Source of the DNA: a virus | Taxonomy: Duplodnaviria; Caudoviricetes | Length of the DNA stretch: 64,000 nt | Direction: 5' to 3' (one strand) | Virus record (IMG/VR): IMGVR_UViG_3300020577_003668 | Coordinates: 32,001 to 96,000 of that record | Part shown: piece after piece, positions 59,748 to 64,000 of the stretch | Layout: each line of letters starts with the position of its first letter | How positions within the stretch are numbered: the stretch's first letter is position 1 | The notes under the pieces: generated by a model | What the model saw: the letters and a program-made list of their open reading frames with translations, nothing else | Database searches by the model: none | What the model was told of the DNA's origin: nothing | Translations under genes and position numbers: made by a program

Positions 59748-62700
59748 ATGATTGATGGGGTGTATGAAACATTCATTGCTAAGTCTAGATACGCAAGATA
59801 TTTAGACGAAGAGGCCAGGCGAGAAAATTGGTCGGAAACTACTAACCGATATCTAGAATTCATACAAGAACACCTTCTAGAAAAGCACGAATATCTTATC
59901 CCTGAAGATGTCCTGGAAGAACTACGGGGTGCTATTCTTAACAACGAAGTATATCCTAGTATGCGTGCATTGATGACTGCTGGTGAAGCTCTGGAGCGAG
60001 ATAATACCGCGGGATTCAATTGTTCTTACTTGCCTGTTGATGATATTAAATCATTCGACGAAGCAATGTATATCCTTATGTGCGGCGTTGGCGTGGGCTT
60101 CAGCGTGGAAAGGCAGTATATTTGTAAGCTTCCAGAAGTACCAGATAGAATCTATCCTTCCGAGAGCTATATCATGGTACACGACTCTAAGGAAGGCTGG
60201 GCTAAAGCGCTACGACAACTCATTGCCTTACTGTATTCTGGTGAAGCTGCCAAATGGGATGTTAGTGAGGTTAGACCTGCAGGCGCAAGACTTAAAACTT
60301 TTGGAGGCCGCTCTTCAGGACCAGGTCCTTTGGTCGACTTATTTAGATTCGTTACAAAAATATTTAAAGGCGCGACAGGACGAAAACTAACCTCCCTAGA
60401 ATGTCATGATATCATGTGCAAGATCGGCGAAGTTGTTGTAGTTGGCGGTGTTCGCCGATCCGCAATGATCTCGCTATCTAATCTGTCTGATGATCGTATG
60501 CGTCATGCTAAGTCAGGTGCATGGTGGGAGGCTAATCCACAACGTGCTTTAGCAAATAACAGTGCTTGCTATACTGAACGTCCTGAAGTGGGCGTATTTA
60601 TGCAGGAGTGGTTATCTCTATATGAGTCAAAGTCTGGTGAAAGAGGAATCTTTAATAGAGAAGCAGCTACTAAAGTGGCTGCTAGGAACGGACGAAGAGA
60701 AACGGAAGGGCATGAATTTGGCACTAATCCATGTTCCGAAATTATCTTACGGCCATATCAGTTTTGCAACCTATCAACAAGCGTTGTAAGAGCTACAGAT
60801 ACACGAGAGGATTTACTTAGGAAAGTCCGTCTAGCAGCGATATTTGGTACGTATCAGTCCACTCTAACTAATTTTCCTTACTTAAGAAAAATCTGGCAAA
60901 AGAATACAGAGGAAGAGCGTCTATTAGGCGTTTCAATGACTGGACCTCTAGATAATCCCCTGCTTAATAATCCAGATGATCCTGGGTTAGAGAAATTACT
61001 AGAAGAGCTGAAAGCTGAAGCTGTACGCGTCAACAAGGTGCTTGCCATGCAAATTGGCATTCCTCAGGCGACGGCTGTAACGGCTTAACAAAATTTAGAC
61101 TTGAAATTTTTCAACAACTGTTATATAATTATTATACTGGTATAAAAATACAGGAATAATAAAATGATAGATGTAGAAAAAGTATTAAATGAATATGGTA
61201 TTGACAAGGCTAGAGACCTATTTTTAAGAGAAGGATATACTCTTACTCAGTTTCATTTAGAAACTAAATTAAGTACTAGTAAAAATAGAACTTCGCAGAG
61301 AGTGTATGAAGAAGTATATAGAATACTCGGTATTACCGAGATTCCTTATAAAGAAGATACACAGCCTGTTAGAAAATTTAAATTAGAATTTGATAGAGTC
61401 TCCGGCAAGTACTGGGAGTCTGACTATATAGTAGAGGTTCTACTAGATAAGCTACAAAATCCAATACTTAATAAGGCGGAGAATAGAGAGAGATACGTAA
61501 TAGGTTTCCCTAAACACCCTAATTCGGATCCTACGTCTAATCAAATTAAAGCACATATTGTTCAATGGGAAATATTAAATGAACAATATGTGCCTAGTAA
61601 TCATTGGGTAATACCCGTAGATGATGATTATACTAACTTAGATATGGATAACTGGGTTTTGGTAAATACGACCGAATTTAAGTCAGATAGATTTACCAGT
61701 GAAGGTAACCCTTCATATAAGCACGGAAAATCAGGAAGACATAAGTTAGGCGGCTGGGCGTTAATTAGTAAAAATAGTATTAATAAGCATAGATTCTGTA
61801 CAAGATGTAATACAGATAAAGGTTTAATAGTGCATCATATTATTAACTATCATCTATTTACTAATCCCATGGAAGCGCATAATATAGATAATTTATTAGT
61901 ATTATGCCAAAGTTGTCATGCCAAAATACATCTAACTAATCTAAATATAAAGGCCCTTATTGAGGAAACTCAATATAGCAAATTACTTAAATTGCTGGAA
62001 ACTCTCAAGAGCCAAGTTCCAGACTCCATGAAGGAAACTTACGTGGACGTAGAAAAGCAACTTGGACTAACAGACAATCAGCAGCCAAGCACCTAAAGAA
62101 AAGTATCTAAGGTGAAGGTTCAACGACTATCCATTTATGGAGTAGGACCGAAGACGGTTCGAAAAAGGTAATACCCTATTAATTATGGGTAATGATATAG
62201 TCTGAGCTATATAGAAATATATAGAGAGAATACGGAATCGGTATTCTCGTAACATAACTGATCAAACCAGAAGGAACAACTAGCGAGCGAGCTGACTCTG
62301 CTAGTGGTCTGCATACACGACACGCTAAGTTCTATATTCGTAGAGTACGTGGAGATGTAAAAGATCCACTTACACAGTTTATGATGGCTAGCGGTGTACC
62401 TTGGGAACCGGATGTAATGAAACCGGATTCTACTGTAGTATTTAGTTTCGCAAAGAAGGCTCCAGAAGGTGCTCTAGTAAAGGCCGACCTATCTGCTATT
62501 CAGCATCTGAAGCTATGGCTAGCGTACCAACGATTCTACTGCGAGCATAAACCATCTATTACAGTTTCTGTAAAAGAGAAAGAGTGGCCTTCCGTTGGTG
62601 CATTCGTATGGGATCATTTCGATGAAATGAGCGGGGTTAGTTTCCTACCGGATGATGGTGGCAGTTATAGACAAGCACCGTATGAAGAGTGTACCGAGGA

Positions 62701-62827
62701 AGAATATAACGAGTTACTAGCTAAGATTCCTACTAATATAGACTGGGATTCTATTATTGAAACAGAAGACAATGTCGAAGGTTCACAAACCTTGGCATGT
62801 GCAGCCGGAGGATGTGAAATCAGATGA
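59748..62827 (+). CDS. nrdJ: Class II (B12) ribonucleotide reductase, spliced (exons 59748-61085 and 62261-62827, ~634 aa)
   Basis: PSMR, FNCS, GGVRRSA, TNPCSEI, VTA|IKPEGT rejoined, C-terminal C..G.CE. Confidence 0.92.
61086..62260 (+). mobile_element. Group I intron in nrdJ
   Basis: P AATTGCTGGAAA, Q AATCAGCAGCC, R TTCAACGACTA, S ATGATATAGTCT; terminal G at 62260 restores the frame. Confidence 0.9.
61164..62096 (+). CDS. Intron-encoded HNH endonuclease
   Basis: CTRC..LIVHHI...NL..LC.SCH; own TTGAAA/TATAAT promoter. Confidence 0.88.
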   Translation: MIDVEKVLNEYGIDKARDLFLREGYTLTQFHLETKLSTSKNRTSQRVYEEVYRILGITEIPYKEDTQPVRKFKLEFDRVSGKYWESDYIVEVLLDKLQNPILNKAENRERYVIGFPKHPNSDPTSNQIKAHIVQWEILNEQYVPSNHWVIPVDDDYTNLDMDNWVLVNTTEFKSDRFTSEGNPSYKHGKSGRHKLGGWALISKNSINKHRFCTRCNTDKGLIVHHIINYHLFTNPMEAHNIDNLLVLCQSCHAKIHLTNLNIKALIEETQYSKLLKLLETLKSQVPDSMKETYVDVEKQLGLTDNQQPST

Positions 62828-63123
62828 ACGATAAAGAACTAGAGCAACTAATCCAGTATAAACAGTTAACAGCTCCTAGACTAACCCCTGAGGATATAGA
62901 TGCCAAAATCAAAAGTGTAACTTACACTATACTGCCTAGTGGTAAAGTTATGGTTTGCGAAATTACACTAGCTAATGGCTACAGCGTTAGAGGGGAAGCG
63001 GCAACAGTTAGCAAAGCTAACTTTGACGAAGAGATTGGTCAAATAATCTCCTTAAAGAATGCTAAAAATAAAATTTGGCAACTCGAAGGTTATCTGCTTC
63101 AGGAAATACTAAGTAAAGGATAA
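62824..63123 (+). CDS. Gp49-family-like phage protein
   Basis: L.NG.SV.G.A..VS..NFD.EIG...NA..KIW.LEGY. Confidence 0.75.
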   Translation: MNDKELEQLIQYKQLTAPRLTPEDIDAKIKSVTYTILPSGKVMVCEITLANGYSVRGEAATVSKANFDEEIGQIISLKNAKNKIWQLEGYLLQEILSKG

Positions 63124-63124
63124 T

Positions 63125-63161
63125 AAAAAAGCCCCGTTAACGCGAGTTAACGGGGCTTTTT
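63125..63161. terminator. Bidirectional terminator between convergent genes
   Basis: A-run-GCCCCGTTAAC-GCGA-GTTAACGGGGC-T-run. Confidence 0.9.
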
Positions 63162-63177
63162 ACTTTCTATCTACAGA

Positions 63178-63684
63178 TTAGGTTCCTAGAAGACCCTTAC
63201 CCTGCATAGCTTGTGCAGGGGAGGTTTCAGGTAGATCTAGAGGATCTACTAGTACTACGTAGTCGTCAATGAACTTCTCAGCCTTGTCTAGGATAGCTAC
63301 GAAACGTGTGGCATCGAAGGCAATTAGGTTGGAGCTCATGCGGCTAGATTGGCTAGCAGCTAGCTCATCGCGAGCTAGTTCGAACAGAGTAGCTACGTCA
63401 TATAGAGACTCGTTTTCGATCATAGGAATTACCGGAGAAACAGGTAGCTCGGTTGGACGAGGACCAGTTTCTGGTAGATCTAGTTCGGGTTGTGTAGTAA
63501 CCCAAGTTAGATAAGCACGCATTGCAGCGATGTAGCTGCGCATACGAGCAACATCAAACGTAGAAGTCTTAGAAACACCAGAACTTTGACTCTTTACTAC
63601 TTCCATAATAAAGCGGTTAATTCGGCGCACTAGACCATAAACGTCTGTGTTGTAAGTGATATTTACTGTTGCCATGTATAGCAT
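63178..63684 (-). CDS. Hypothetical protein (end of a leftward, probably late, operon)
   Basis: ORF with strongly biased codons ending at the terminator. Confidence 0.75.
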   Translation of the reverse strand: MLYMATVNITYNTDVYGLVRRINRFIMEVVKSQSSGVSKTSTFDVARMRSYIAAMRAYLTWVTTQPELDLPETGPRPTELPVSPVIPMIENESLYDVATLFELARDELAASQSSRMSSNLIAFDATRFVAILDKAEKFIDDYVVLVDPLDLPETSPAQAMQGKGLLGT

Positions 63685-64000
63685 CCTTTGTTGTCTTATT
63701 TCGCTGGCGAAATAAAATTGAAACAGCTAAGGGGCCAGCCCCGACTTAAACTAAAGAGTCGCATCGTGCGAGCTATCTTTTGTTTTTACTAGAAACGGAA
63801 AATACAGAATTCTCCATGGTAGGTATTTAGCCTTACTTCTATGAATAGGAAACGAGTGCTCTACCTCTGCGGTACCTAGCGACTTGATCCATATGGCATG
63901 AGGTACTCTTAGTTTACCAAATATACGAATATCATCTGCGTATCTAATTCCTAAATATCCACCATGTTTAAACCATCTTGGTCCTACAAAGGACCAGCAG

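Overview
Left ~64 kb of a T5-like lytic phage (Demerecviridae-like gene order: D2, D3, PC4-like, split NAD ligase, D5, D6 helicase, primase, Pol A, D10-D15, dUTPase). 1-9 kb is a pre-early-type region of small genes, including A2-like DNA-binding paralogs, separated by repeated palindromes and leftward promoter-hairpin elements. 9-40 kb is very rich in RNA genes: about 30 tRNAs covering all 20 amino acids (two with a rearranged, D-arm-less fold), several tRNA mimics, a hammerhead ribozyme, a circularly permuted two-piece tmRNA, and a Ro60/TROVE gene flanked by seven Y-RNA-like units that share a closing-stem motif but carry different internal domains. There are eight free-standing HNH/GIY-YIG endonuclease genes, three of them with a covarying RBS-sequestering pseudoknot leader, and two group I introns (D10 helicase and class II ribonucleotide reductase). 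The best candidate for an undescribed system is the Ro60 plus modular Y-RNA array next to the permuted tmRNA and tRNA mimics. All RNA structures were folded by eye and no database searches were run.
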